Origin: Takakia lepidozioides
Taxonomy: Eukaryota > Plantae > Bryophyta
Direction of reading: 5' to 3'
Length of the DNA stretch: 64,000 nucleotides
Assembly: GCA_030704615.1 (NCBI GenBank)
Contig: CM060731.1
Coordinates: 82,770,001 to 82,834,000, forward strand
A model generated the notes under the pieces. It made no database searches and was not told the origin of the DNA. It saw only the letters and a program-made list of their open reading frames with translations. Positions 27,203 to 39,542 of this stretch are shown piece after piece. The stretch's first letter is position 1. Each line of letters begins with the position of its first letter. The position numbers and the translations under genes were made by a program.

Positions 27203-30129
27203 CTTTGCATGGACAAATCTTCCTGTAAAAGTAGGAGCATGGACAGCCCCATCTGGATTCCTCCTTATCATCTCTAAACAACGTTGCCGTGTATCCACAC
27301 GAATTGCGGAACACCTTCCTCGAAACGACGGCTTTGTGCGAGCAATTCTCCACTGTGAGGCAGACACAGTCGTCTCCACAATGGCTTGGCCATACTGCAT
27401 AACAGCGGGCGGAATGTGGGGCAAGGGAGCGGTGGGAATTTGTTGCACGAAATCCCCGGTTGAAGGCGACGGCGATCTGGAATTTCTTGGGCTTCCACTG
27501 CTGGAAGACACATTGTGCGGCAACATGACGGGACCTCGAGGTGCTGTCCGAATGTTCCTGTCGGATCTCCAGGAATCCTCTTCGCACCCGGGTTCCTCTT
27601 CAATCCTCCGCCTGACAGGGCGAGTCCGGACGTCCCCCTCTAGGTGTTCACCTCTGCGGTGCAGAGGCGTCCCTTTGATCTTCTCTCGCAATGCTGTCAC
27701 CCATTTCACTGGATTCTTGGACCTCGAAGCTGTTCGTACCAACAATTCCTCCCTGTCCGGCCCAAAGCCCCATTGTTTGCCGCTCAGGAACTTGTAGTAC
27801 GTGGCTTGCTGCATGATTGCTCTGTCGATGTCCTCCGTTGTGGCCGTGACTACGTCCACCAGATGTGCGGCAGAAGACGCTCGCCAGGAGGAGTGGACCG
27901 ATTCTGCCATATTCGTGTTCGGCATGTCCATGTCGGAATCCAAGCACCGCTCCTAGAAGGACACAAACAATGGTGAGGGACCAATCGAAATGTCCGTAAC
28001 AGAAAGACAAATGAACGAAATTGACAGCAGCCTACCTCCCGCATGTACTGTCCGAACTGTCGATACCGAAAATGCCACCACCCCAACCAGCTGTGCAATG
28101 CTCCCAGATTGGTTGTCTCCACTGCACCTGACGTGTTCCACCAAGCCTCGATGATAGCAAACTTAACCTCCGCGTCATCAAATGTGGGTGCATCCTTCCA
28201 CGCCGTACAAAGGACACGGTGTTCAGCCTGGAATGAGCTAGCAACAAATTTGGTAGTGTAGTGGGATAGACTCTGCATCCAATGGAATCCACAGGATCTC
28301 TCTTTCCCCTCCATTGGAACATTGGGGTCCTCACCGTACACACGCCGCACCGCTGCCCAGTTGGCCTGAGCGTTGTCTGCCATGAATCCCCTGAAATTGG
28401 GCTCTGGCAATCCCGCCCTTGCCATCTGCTGGTTTATGCCCTCCCACAGATGCATCTCGGACTGTGTGTCCTCCCCTTTCATCTCGCAGATTGCAATCGT
28501 CATGAGCCTCTTGGAGTGATAGTCATAAACATGCGCACCCATAGTCACCCACTGATGGTTTGTAATTCGCTTGATGTGATCAAACATCACCCAAGCATTC
28601 GACAAGTTTCCAGTTGTCATGCGAGTGACCAAGTCGACTCCACTCCCAGGCCCACACGTCGACATTTTGAAAATGTAACAACGATCGGATTCGCTGCCTT
28701 GCCCTGGAAACCTGCTACCTTGGATGTAGTCATATCCAGTCATTCGTTTCACCTCCAGGATTGAGTACATGTCCGACCCCCTGCCGAACTCCTGCTTGCA
28801 AGATACGATGTGATTCCGCACATTCGGACTACAAACGTGCGAGACGGACTCCAAGAGGTCACGCATCTCGTCTTCGGTCAAGGGCTCTCAGTCGGAACCA
28901 TCTTCAGACATGATTTTGCCAAGAGCAATCTTGTGGGCTGCCTTCAGCTGAATCTGCTTTGGTCTGGCTCCGGGGCTCAATTTCACCTCCTCTTTTATGA
29001 TGTCGTGTGCTTCCTGCACAGCCTCACGCATGTTGCCTCTCGCCAAGGGGTGGCAGTGGACCCCAACGTGTATGCAAGCTCTAGTCAAGTCCGGGAGTAA
29101 ATGGATAACGTAATATTGCTTGGCTCTACACATGGACATGCACGTCGGTGGTTCTTTGCAATGTGCACACTTGAAAGAACCCGCAGGAGCTTGGCTGGAG
29201 ACAATGAATGGATGATGCGTTGTGCCAGTCCAATCCGTCTCGTTTCTCCGCCCTCCTTTGGAGAGAAAGTGGAAGCAGGTGGGATTGAGGCACCTCAGCT
29301 TCCCCGCACAGAGGACATATCGTACACGAACACCATCAGCAATTTTCGTGCTACTGGTCTTCGTCACACACCAGGGGTGTCCGTCATGCTTTCGATCCAT
29401 GTCTGTTAACATCCCGGAGGCTTTCTTTGACGAAGAAACAGGTGGAAACTCGAAGATGACATTGCCATCGACTTCGGGAGGCAGAAAAGTTACCTTTCTG
29501 ACTGGGAATTTGGCATAGTCGAGAGCAGCCAGCTCGGAGCGAGAACCATCGAGGTGATGTTGTCGTAGGAGCTGCACAATGGACCGGGTTGGAGTTATGC
29601 TCGAGGGCACATGCGTAGCACCTACAGAGACGTCCATGCCGGATTTGAACGACCGTGTGGAGGACATGGGTACCTCAATGCAATCATCTTCCTCGTCGGA
29701 AATGTCGAATACGTCCACACGAGAAGCTATGGAGGGTCTTGACGGTCCAGGTCGGGAATGATTATCGTTGCATACCTCTCTGTTGGCAGTGGCCGCCTCT
29801 CGGTTTCCGGACTCCTTTGTGGATGGTGTGGGCAGCAACTGATTCGGAAAGGGAATGGGCATTCCCACAGCTCGGTACAGGATGGTGTCTGACAGGGGAA
29901 CGTGCCATTCGATTCCGCAACCTCCGTCGTTACCTAGCACGACAATGGTCTCGTCAACCTGTCCAGGAACATCCTTCCTTTCTTCTTCCAAATAAACTGT
30001 GCCCGGTTTGAGCTTGAATTTGGAACAAAGGTAAGTTTCAGTCACTCTGCAAATTCCTCCCTCGTTTGGGATCCAGGTTCTCCCAAGTTGCGGAGGACAG
30101 CAAACTATAGCGTAGGAATTCGGAGCCAT
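27203..30129 (-). pseudogene. MULE-type DDE transposase with N-terminal GCM/WRKY-like zinc finger
   Basis: C..C..C/CAHC..C/HCHP finger; WVMFD, FMADNAQA, CGFH (CxxH), NMAESVH. One in-frame TGA at 28888-28890 joins ORFs 28888-30153 and 27850-28881; 83-bp GT-AG intron 27953-28035; C-terminus cut at 27202. Confidence 0.8.
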
Positions 30130-30556
30130 CGGAACACCGCACGGAGTTGGCAAGTGCGAGGTTCAGTATAGCGACAGACCAAGGCTCACAGGCACCATCT
30201 AAGTGGATCTGCGGAGTCCATCGACGATTGGAAGTCGCACATTGAAGTGGAAGTATTGTTTCAAGCTACATGCATGAAGGTGGGAGGTTTGATTCCATAG
30301 CCAGTGAGTATGACAATGATGGCCGATTCGGCGACGAAATAACATCTCCTGACAGTTTCTCCTGAGGGTGGATCCAGCAGTATTCTCGGTGCAGACAGGA
30401 ACGTTCGCACTGACAAGTGCCAGGACTGCTGGTTAAAACGGTCAGACAACCAAGTTGTGCTCATCAAGACTGGCCGCAATTGTGTTGTTTCGGAACAATG
30501 CAACCCATTGAGGTTCCAGATTTCCCGTCCCGAGTGATTCTTTCGATTGCTGGTGG

Positions 30557-32270
30557 ACGGAAATACGGCGCCGCATTTCCGTATTGCATCTTGGTCATGC
30601 ACCAGAGCGACGGAAATGCGGCACCGAGTTTCCGTCCGGGGGAAACCTTTATACTCTCCAAAACGGAAATGCGGTAACGCATTTCCATCCAGCAAGCACG
30701 GTATGTGAAGGTGGAACGGAAATGCGGTACCGCATTTCCGTTCTGATTGAGATTTATGAACAACGGGAACAGAAATGCGGCACCGCATTTCCGTCCGAGT
30801 CGCACTTTTCCGACATTTCAGAACGGAAATGCGGCGCCGCATTTCCATTTTGTATCTGATGCATGGAGCTGAGGGATAGAAATGCTGCAGCACATTTCCG
30901 TCCTTAAAAGACATTCATACTCTCCAGAACGGAAATGCGGTACCGCATTTTCATTCAACAAGCACGGTATGTGAAGGTGGAACGGAAATGCGGTACCACA
31001 TTTCCGTTCTGATTGAGAATTATGAACAACGGGAACAGAAATGCGGCACCACATTTCCGTCCGAGTCGCACTTTTCGACATTCCAGAACGGAAATGCGGC
31101 GCCGCATTTCCATTTTGTATCTGATGCATGGAGCCGAGTGCGATTCCGACACCTTCATACAGCGCAATTCCGACCGCTTGAGACATTCATACTATCCAGA
31201 ACGGAAATGCGGCACCGCATTTCCGTTCTGACTGAAAATCGTGAACCATCTGAACTGAAATGCGGCACCGTATTTCCATCCGAGTCGCACCTACCATCAT
31301 TCCAGAACGGAAATGCGGTACCGCATTTCCGTTCTGACTGAAAATCGTGAACCATCGGAACTGAAATGCGGCAGCGCATTTCCATCCGAGTCGCACCTCC
31401 CAACATTCCAGAACCGAATGTATTAGATTCAAAAGGGAAATGCGGCACCGCATTTCCGTTCTGATGAAATATCCTGAAACATCGGAACTGAAATGCGGTA
31501 CCGCATTTCCGTCGGAGTCGCACCTTCCGACATTCCAAAACGGAAATGCGGCGCCGCATTTCCGTTTTGTATGTGAGGCATGGAGCTGTGGAACGAAAAT
31601 GCGGCACAGCATTTCCGCCAGCGTCAGACGTTAATACTCTACAGAACGGAAATGCGGTACCGCATTTCCATTCTGACTGAAAATCGTGCGCAACGGGAAC
31701 AGAAATGCGGCACCGCATTTCCGTTCGAGTCGCACCTTCCGACATTCTAGAACGGAAATGCGGCGCCGCATTTCCGTTTTGTATATTGGGCCTGGAGCTG
31801 TGCTACGGAAATGTGTTGCCGCATTTCCATCCATGTGAGACCTTCAAACTTTCCAGACCGGAAATGCGGCACCGCATTTCTGTCCAGGTGAGACCTCTAT
31901 ACTTTCCCGAACGGAAATGTGGCACGGCATTTCCATTCATCAACTAACGTATGTGAAGTGGGAACGGAAATGCGGTACCGCATTTCCGTTCACATTGAAA
32001 ATCATGAACCACGGGAACTGAAATGTTGTGCCTCATTCCCGTCCCAATCGCACCTTTCGACATTCCAGAACGGAAATGCGGCGCCGCATTTCCCTTTTGA
32101 ATCTCATACATGGAGCTGTGGGACGGAAATGCGGCACCGTATTTCCGTTCAACAACTAAGGTATGTGAAGGTGGAACGGAAATGCGGTGCCGCATTTTCT
32201 TCCAACAAGTACGGATGTGTAGCAGAGTGATGGTACTTAACGGAAATGCGGCGCCGCATTCGCATTTTCG
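30557..32270. repeat. Array of ~32 26-bp palindromes ACGGAAATGCGGYRCCGCATTTCCGT with ~27-bp spacers (53-bp period, ~5-unit higher-order repeat)
   Basis: Read directly from the sequence; spacers recur (e.g. CAAGCACGGTATGTGAAGGTGGA, CCGAGTCGCAC...CATTCCAGA); lies between the divergently oriented transposase and ParB-MTase genes. Confidence 0.93.
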
Positions 32271-32699
32271 CTCCAACTGATCAGACGCTGGGACGGAAAT
32301 ACCTTGAAATGTGAACACGTGGAGCAACGGAATTGCTGCACATGTCGGCACTCTATCTGACTGAAGGGGCATGAGGCGGCGCGGCCTGACCGTTGGATAA
32401 TGATGTTTGTTTTTCGGACGGCAGGCGTACCCTCAACGATTCGAATTTCGTAATGACGCAAACTCCACGAGGAGACACTTTCGTCCAACCCTTTCGAACC
32501 CAAGTGGTGCATCACCGCCGTTTCATCTACTTTTGTCGTGTCTCCTCAGTCACCCCTCTCGCGCCCTTTCCATCTGCACTCTTTGCCCCTTTTCCCTCTC
32601 TCTGTTCTTCTTATGCTCGAACCTGAGAGGGGGGGAGTTCGTGCACCAGACAGGAGACCTCGTCGCAAGCTCCGGAAATTATACTTCGGACGTAGGCCA

Positions 32700-35600
32700 A
32701 TGCCGAAGGGGAGGAAGCAGATGCGTCTACAGGAGGAGATTGCCATCTCCGAGCAGCAGGCCACTCAGGCAACCCAGCCACCAGTGAGAGCTCCATGCGA
32801 TCGGGCTGCGCGCAGCTGATCGAGCACCGAACCCCCCATTTTGCTTCTGTAATTCTTAGACTGAATGCTAGGAGACTTGAATGCAGAACATGTTTGCATG
32901 CCTAACAGGAAAGGTGGACGTGCTGGAGGGATCGCAGGAATCCGAAGAGCCGCAGGAAGAGTCCGAGGAGCTAGCTGCAGCACGTACACCCACCCGATCC
33001 CCGAGCGCGGGTATTCCTGCCGGGCCTAGCCCTCTGCGATTCAAAGACGCGTCTTCGAAGGGCAAGTTCAAAGTCCCAGAGATCGACTCGCGTTCTTCGA
33101 TCATGGAGAATCGCCAGCAGGGGTCGGGCCCTTCTCCAGCAAAGTCGAAGAAGAAGCAGCCCGTCCCTCTACTGGCTTCTGAACCGGCTCAGGCCGATTC
33201 ACCCCCCCCAACGCGAATGAAGCAGCAGGGTAGAAGACAGATTCAATTGCAGCAGACACCTTCACCTGCAAGGATGAGGAAGCAGAAGGCAATCAGGGCG
33301 ACGGGCGAACAATCTCCCGCAAAACCGCTTCCACGAGCTGAAGCTCAGTTCCTGGAGGATTTCCCGCCTGCAGATGTTGGGGCCGACTCTGCTGCAGCGA
33401 AGGCAATGGGATCGACCGTTGATCTCGATTTGGTACCGGAGGAGGGTGCTGCCGCTGAACGTTCGCAGCAGACCTCACCACCGATGAGCAAGCAGGCCCG
33501 GAGGAGGCCTCTGCAATGGCAGAATTGCCCGCAGACAGGCCCCAGAGTGCAGCTCCAGTTGAGGATGCTCCAGCTGCTCAGCCACTACCGGCACCTACAG
33601 ACATGTCTCCGGAGGATTTCAAAAGTGCAGCGGATAAAATGTTGGAGGAGACACACAGTAGCATTGGCAGAGTTCTGGGCAGCAGGGTATTCCAGCGGAC
33701 TCTTCGAATCCCACTCTGTCGCATGGTCTCCCTTCCCATCGTCAGGCAGGCCCTTCCCGGAGATGTGGATAAGCTCAAGTTCGCATTTCGAGAAGGGTAC
33801 CGTCTGGGATCGGCAGCGTTTTACGTTTCCATTGAGAATGAGGACGGCGAAACCCGTGGACCCACTGCCGATGAATTGTCAACGTGGGATACCCACTGGC
33901 ACACTCGCAACCACGAATTCGAGGCGACGCTGAAGGGTGATCCCGACTTCGGCCATATGTCGGGTAAAATGTTCTTTGTGTGGGACGGGAATCACCGACT
34001 TCTCGCCTGGTGGGAGTACATCAAGCAGAACCATGCCAAGCACATTGGCTGGCATTACATGGTGGAGTGTGTCATCCTCAAGGTGAAGGCGGCAGACTCC
34101 TCCCTGCTCAAGAATGCCATGGCGGACCTCAACTCGTAAGATACTCATACCCTCCCTAGCACGTTCGAAATGCGGTGCCGCATTTCGGTTTCCATTCTGG
34201 TTTGATTCCGTGCTTCCGTGTACTGAACTGGAGAGTGTGCCTTGCAGGGTCACTGAGAATGCGTACGTGCATACCCACATGGCACATATGCTGTACAGGG
34301 TGAGGAAAACTGGTCTCACTGATCCGCAGATGTTTGCGGAAATGCTGGAGCCGAGCTCATTCAGAAAGCCGTTGCAAAAACAGACCGGACATGGTATCGT
34401 CTCACTATGGATGGAATGGTGGAGGTGATATACGAAGTAAGTCGTCTCCAATTTCCCTCTGCTCATCCTTCCCCATTTTCAGTAATGTTTCCACATGAAT
34501 CGAATGTAACGCTTCTGCATGTTTTTGTTGGCAGTCAAACATCAAGCTGGATTTGGCCCATGCCAAACGCTTCTTCATGGAAAGTGAGGGGCAGGTCAAA
34601 ACGTTGCAGTCATTGACTGAGCACTTGAAGGAAGCCGGTGTCAAGTCCAGAACCAAATACAAGTCAAAGCTTGTGAAGCTGGTGGCAATTGCAGATCCGG
34701 CACTTGGAAAGGACTTCATCCCCGAGATTGCAAAACACTATTCTCGGGCCATGCAGCCGACCATGCAATTGGAGAAACTGCATCACCTCTCAACGGCATG
34801 TGTGGAGGCGAAAGAGAAGGTGAGGTTTCAATGCACTGAAGTTCCTTCCTAGCAATAGCCACTCTCTTCCAGCTCCTGACATTGGATCGGAAATGGCAGA
34901 CACGGTGGCTGTCGATCTGGAATGCATCCGAGAGCATAAGGACAATGTGGTCTTTTCCACTCGAAGTTTCCGACCCTGCAGTGGATGTGGCTCAACCGTA
35001 TGACTTGGTGGTTCCAGGTAATTCAAGGTACTTCCCCAGATTTGCTTTTCTGACATGAATTCCCTGAACTGCTACGTGACAATGCATTTGGGAATCGCAG
35101 GTAATGTCGAATGCGAAGGAGCAAGTCGTAATGCACACAAATTCGTTCGGCTTGTACGTCAAATGGGATGGAACACAGACATTGGAAGACTACGTGACAC
35201 GTTTCAGATGTGCGTACAAGGACAACCTTTTCGCCAGAGAGCTACAGACAGCAAGAAGGAGCGTGGAGTTTACACATCAGGAGGGAGCGGGGAAAGCTGC
35301 AATGCGAATTGTTTACAGGTGAAGCACAGCTGCCCTTGTATGCGAAGCCTGGTTACGAGGTTTGTCTCGGAAATGCGGCACCGCATTCGCATTTTATGTT
35401 TTCGGTGGCACTCTGCCAGTAGGTTGGTCTCAACTTTTGCTCACGCATGCTGACTGCCTTGCAGGTATATGAAATACGTGCTCCTTCAGACAGGGGCCCT
35501 GGCTCAAGAGCCCCCGTTCTTCATGGCTTGGACCGTGGCGGGCCCAAGCTGTGTCTACACACCCGAGATGCAGAAACAATGGCATCCCGCGCATCTCGTT

Positions 35601-37818
35601 GGATGCCCGTGGTACCTGGACATGTCTGGCGGTATTGTTGACGAGTCTGAGAAAGATCTGCACGCCTTGGCAGAAGAGAAGAGAAAGGAAAGACGTGTCC
35701 CTGCTGGGCCAAAGTCGGCAAAGGAATCTGCTGCTCTGGAAGAATCCAGAAAGGCAGCTGAGATGGCACAAAAGACGGTGGATGCAGCTGTGCAGGCCCA
35801 ACAGAAGGGGTCGAAGAAGAGGACTCGCCAGCAAGGAGCAGCTGTTGTGACACCCGCCAAAACGAAGAAGCAGAAACAGCCTGTTCAGGAAGAGGGTGAG
35901 GAAGAGGACTCCGATGGAGACTTTGCAACCAGCCCACCCCCCCAAACGCAGGCTGCCTCCCCTGTGCCCACCGTTGTCACGAGAGGCACGAGAACTGGCT
36001 CGGCAAAGAAGGCACTCTTCAACCCCCCAGGGGGGCACCCTTTCGAGCCGGTGGAAATGAAGAGGCCGAAAGTGGCTCCCGAAACAGTAGTCCAGTGTGT
36101 AAATGAGAGTTTCTTGGCGGCTTTGGATGGACGGGCAGCCAAGTTGGCATACATGAAGACCATGGAGGGTCTGAAGGGCAGAGCACTGAAGAAGGCGACT
36201 GCCGAAGAGCCTTCCGACACCCCAGGATTTCAGAATATGGTCTCGTTCTTTGAGAGGGTGTGTGCAGACAAGGATTGTAGGAGGGGCGGAAATGCCACCG
36301 AGTGGTCTTGCGATATGATCATCTTGGATATTCCGGACGGAGAGCCTGTGGAAGGACTGCAAGCTTTGCCATCTTGGAACAGGTACTCGGAGGACTTTTG
36401 GAAGAAAGGATTCGGGCTTGCCCGCATGGTGTTGGACGACAGAGGCTGTGTGGTTGTCCTGGCGAGCAGAGGAAAAAACACTCAGACAGGAATTGCGAAG
36501 TGGACCCGCAAGAGCGCCGTCCCGATTCTGAAAAAGAAGTGGACGTGCATCAACACACTGGGCCTTCGGTCGGAAGGGAAGAAGGTGATTACGACACTGG
36601 CACTCGTCCATTCATTTGCTTGGGTGTTTTCAAATGCGGTGCCGCATTCGGTTTCTAATCGTTTTCCCCCTGTGTATGCAGACGAAGCAGTTCGATGCAT
36701 ACTGCTTTGTGAAGGAGAACTCCACCTTTGCTTTCCGGAAGGAGGGAGGAAAGGTTGACCCGAACTGCGACCCACTCGATTACGACGTTCTGTTCAACAA
36801 CGTTCCCAAGGAACTTCTCCCTCATAGCCTCACTTCAACGGAACCCCTGCGGTACTCACGGACTCGGAGCCCTGCCTTCATTCAGACAATTATGGAGACA
36901 TGCACAGACGTGGAGGGCACAGTGCTCGACCTCATCTGTGGGACAGGTATGCAGAATCTTGATCTCTGCTGTTCTGCAAATTCTCGTTAGGATGTAGTTC
37001 GCAACATCTGAAGCGCCATGTGGTAATGTGTGGATGGCATTGTAACAGGTGCCTCAATGTGGGCTGGGCGGTTTTCCGACCGGCACCTCTTTGCCTACGA
37101 GGAGGATTCATCCGTGTGGGGATCCCATCTGGAGGGGCTGCAACGGAATGTGAAGGCTCCCGACAGAGCGGAAGTCTCCTCGGATTCGTCGGAGTCCGAG
37201 GAAGACACAGTGGACATTGATGCGGAGGAGAACCCGGAATACGAGTGAGTGCAAACATTGTAAGTTTGCAAAGCCTTCTGGGTCATTTATGTCAAACGAA
37301 TTTCCCGACTGTGGTTCTCATTAGTCTCGTTGATGATTGTCATGTGCAGGATTGCAGGGTCCGGGTCGAAACATGTAGGGCCTACACTTCCTGCCAGGAA
37401 GAATGTCCCGTTCTTTGCGAGGGCCGACTTCATGACGAGCCCGGTGAGGGACTACTCCCTTCCTAGTTATGCAGCTAAACTCGCAAATACAGCGATTAGA
37501 AGAAGTGAGAATCCCAGTAAAGTAGAGCAGATTTTGGAGAGGGCTAGGGAGGACAGAAGGATAAGGAAAGAGTTGGCAGCAGCTCAGACAGGTAGACGGG
37601 TACGAAAGTACATATGTGATTCAGCGGATGAGAGCGACGCAGACAGGGAGGAAGACGACCCAACGGAGGTGAGATGGACAGTTCCGCAAGGGGAAGATGG
37701 GATTTTCGAAAGCCTGGCCAACGAGCAGTCCGCTGGAGATGAGAGAGGCACTGAGGGGGTGGAGGAGGAGCAGGACAGTCTAGAACAGGATGAGGATTCG
37801 GATGATTTTCAAGATTAA
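32700..37818 (+). CDS. Multi-exon protein: low-complexity N-terminus, ParB/Srx-like domain, unknown helical region, beta-class N4/N6 DNA methyltransferase-like domain, acidic tail (about 2 frameshifts)
   Basis: FFVWDGNHR (DGNHR 33984-33998); CDMIILDIPDG (motif IV position, 36327); SRTRSPAFIQTIMETCTDVEGTVLDLICGT|GASMWAGRFSDRHLFAYE (motifs X-I-II). Exons ~32700-32768, 32888-34135, 34248-34436, 34534-34820, 34982-35018, 35101-35318, 35465-36584, 36682-36946, 37050-37244, 37350-37818. Confidence 0.72.
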
Positions 37819-37954
37819 TAGAATTTTAATGAAGTCTCTGTAAATGTAAATTCTCTTCCAGAGTATATAAAGGAAATTCTGCCCGACATTCGTGACCCCT
37901 CTCCAGTGTGCATTCCAGCCACACAATCGCCCAAACCACGACGCTCCCAAAATC

Positions 37955-38705
37955 AGAAATGGGGCACCGCATTTCCAAAATTTTGGCAACTCTAAGAACC
38001 TCTTTTGGAAATGCGGCACCGCATTTCCAAAACAGGGGAGGGACTAAATTTTCCATTTCAATGTTGGCATAGTAAAAAGTAATCTGAATTGGAAATGCGG
38101 TGCCGCATTTCCAAAATTTCCTTTGTCCACACGCCAGTTTTGGCCTCTCCCGCTCATTGCATGGATGCCACCACGCTTACAGAGGTCGAACAAGGAGGTC
38201 AAGATGGCGGGATTGAAAATGCGGTGCCGCATTTCAGTATTGGGGATGGTCGTTGTTCGAACTGCAGGCCCATCAGCAAAAATTGGCACCGCATTCCATT
38301 GTTAAAAAAAAGTCGATGACGGACATGGAAATGCGGCGCCGCATTTCCAGAACGGACATCGCAATTTGTCCATTTGCAGACCCTCTCTCGGAAATGCGGT
38401 AACGCATTCCATCGCGCTGGTCGGAAATGTCACACTTTTCGAAGTGTTGTACGGAAATGCGGCACCGCATTCCCTTGTCCAAAAAGAAGTTTCCATTGCC
38501 AAGCTGGAAATGCGTCGCCGCATTTGCAATGCCAACCTCGTTTTCTGACCAATTTATAGACCCGTGTTGGTATTTCGTGTACCTGGACGGAAATGATGCA
38601 CCGCATTTTCTTGTCCCACATGGAAATGCGGTGCCGCATTTCGATCCCGACATGGAAATGCGGCGCCGCATTTCGATGCCGACATGGAAATGCGGTGCCG
38701 CATTT
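37955..38705. repeat. Second cluster of GGAAATGCGGYRCCGCATTTCC palindromes
   Basis: About 14 copies downstream of the ParB-MTase gene, with less regular spacing. Confidence 0.88.
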
Positions 38706-38963
38706 CAATGTCCGACATGGCGTTACTCTGGTATATTCTTGACACATGACTCACATACCGGTTACTCTGCTATATTCATCCGGACAGACACATTGTAGAA
38801 ATGAGACATCAAATTGTAAACAGTGGGCCAATTCCGACAGTTATTCAACACAATGAAACACAATCATACAGAAGTGAGGTACGATGGGTTTATTGATCGG
38901 ACACGATGTCTCACATTTACCAACTGCAGACAAAACTAAGCCCTTCCTCCTTCTACATGGGCT

Positions 38964-39542
38964 TCACCAAGTCGACGGAACTTCGATACCCCTCAAAACA
39001 AGCTCATCACTGCTGCGGCACCTCGAGGTAAACTGCAATTCGGTCGTTCTGCTGCCCTTGCTGGAGCCGACGACAATGTCATGTCCATCAATGATACCAC
39101 CATCATACATTGACAAGGTCACTGTGGGCCTCATGTGCCCGTGCGATTCGTCTTCGCAACTCAGCCGAATGTCTCCATACACTGGAAGAGCGGAGTGATC
39201 TGCACGTATATAGTTTTCCCCGGTGCCGTCCTCCCTGGTCCACTGGCAGCAGTTCCAGCGCCAAAGCGAGGCCGTGCGTGATCTGTCCGGCATCCCTTTC
39301 CAGCTTGGTATATCGAGGTCAACAATTTTCAGGACCCACGGACCGCATTGACCCTCGCCCTCACCTCGCTCAAAGCGGTAATAGCCCTCCAGATACTCCA
39401 TTGCGCGCAAAGACTCTTGCTTGATTCCAGCAGCGTCTGTGAAAACAGAGAGCCAGACAATGATGTCTCCTGATTCTGGTTTGAACATAGCATAATCGTG
39501 GCCATGATAAGGGCAGTCGGCTGGATTTCGGCGGCACGACAT
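38964..39542 (-). CDS. Orphan transposon protein A (~190 aa, unknown domain)
   Basis: Intact ORF MSCRRNPADCPY...RWNCCQWT...YGDIR...DGGIIDGHDIVV...ELVLRGIEVP; paralogous to 40092-40654. Confidence 0.65.
   Translation of the reverse strand: MSCRRNPADCPYHGHDYAMFKPESGDIIVWLSVFTDAAGIKQESLRAMEYLEGYYRFERGEGEGQCGPWVLKIVDLDIPSWKGMPDRSRTASLWRWNCCQWTREDGTGENYIRADHSALPVYGDIRLSCEDESHGHMRPTVTLSMYDGGIIDGHDIVVGSSKGSRTTELQFTSRCRSSDELVLRGIEVPSTW

Noticed and set aside
25689-27797. 702-aa ORF as a single protein
   Set aside because: Chimeric: gag up to 27202, then antisense read-through of the transposase gene.
30557-32270. CRISPR array (palindromic repeats with constant-length spacers)
   Set aside because: Spacers recur in a ~5-unit higher-order pattern, repeats are degenerate and also dispersed, there are no cas genes, and the context is eukaryotic.
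30261-32515. ORFs rich in KCGTAFPF/GNAAPHF
   Set aside because: Products of the palindrome array in all frames; the same applies to 19990-20906 and 37780-38798.
35430-36611. 393-aa minus-strand ORF
   Set aside because: Antisense shadow of the MTase-gene exon.
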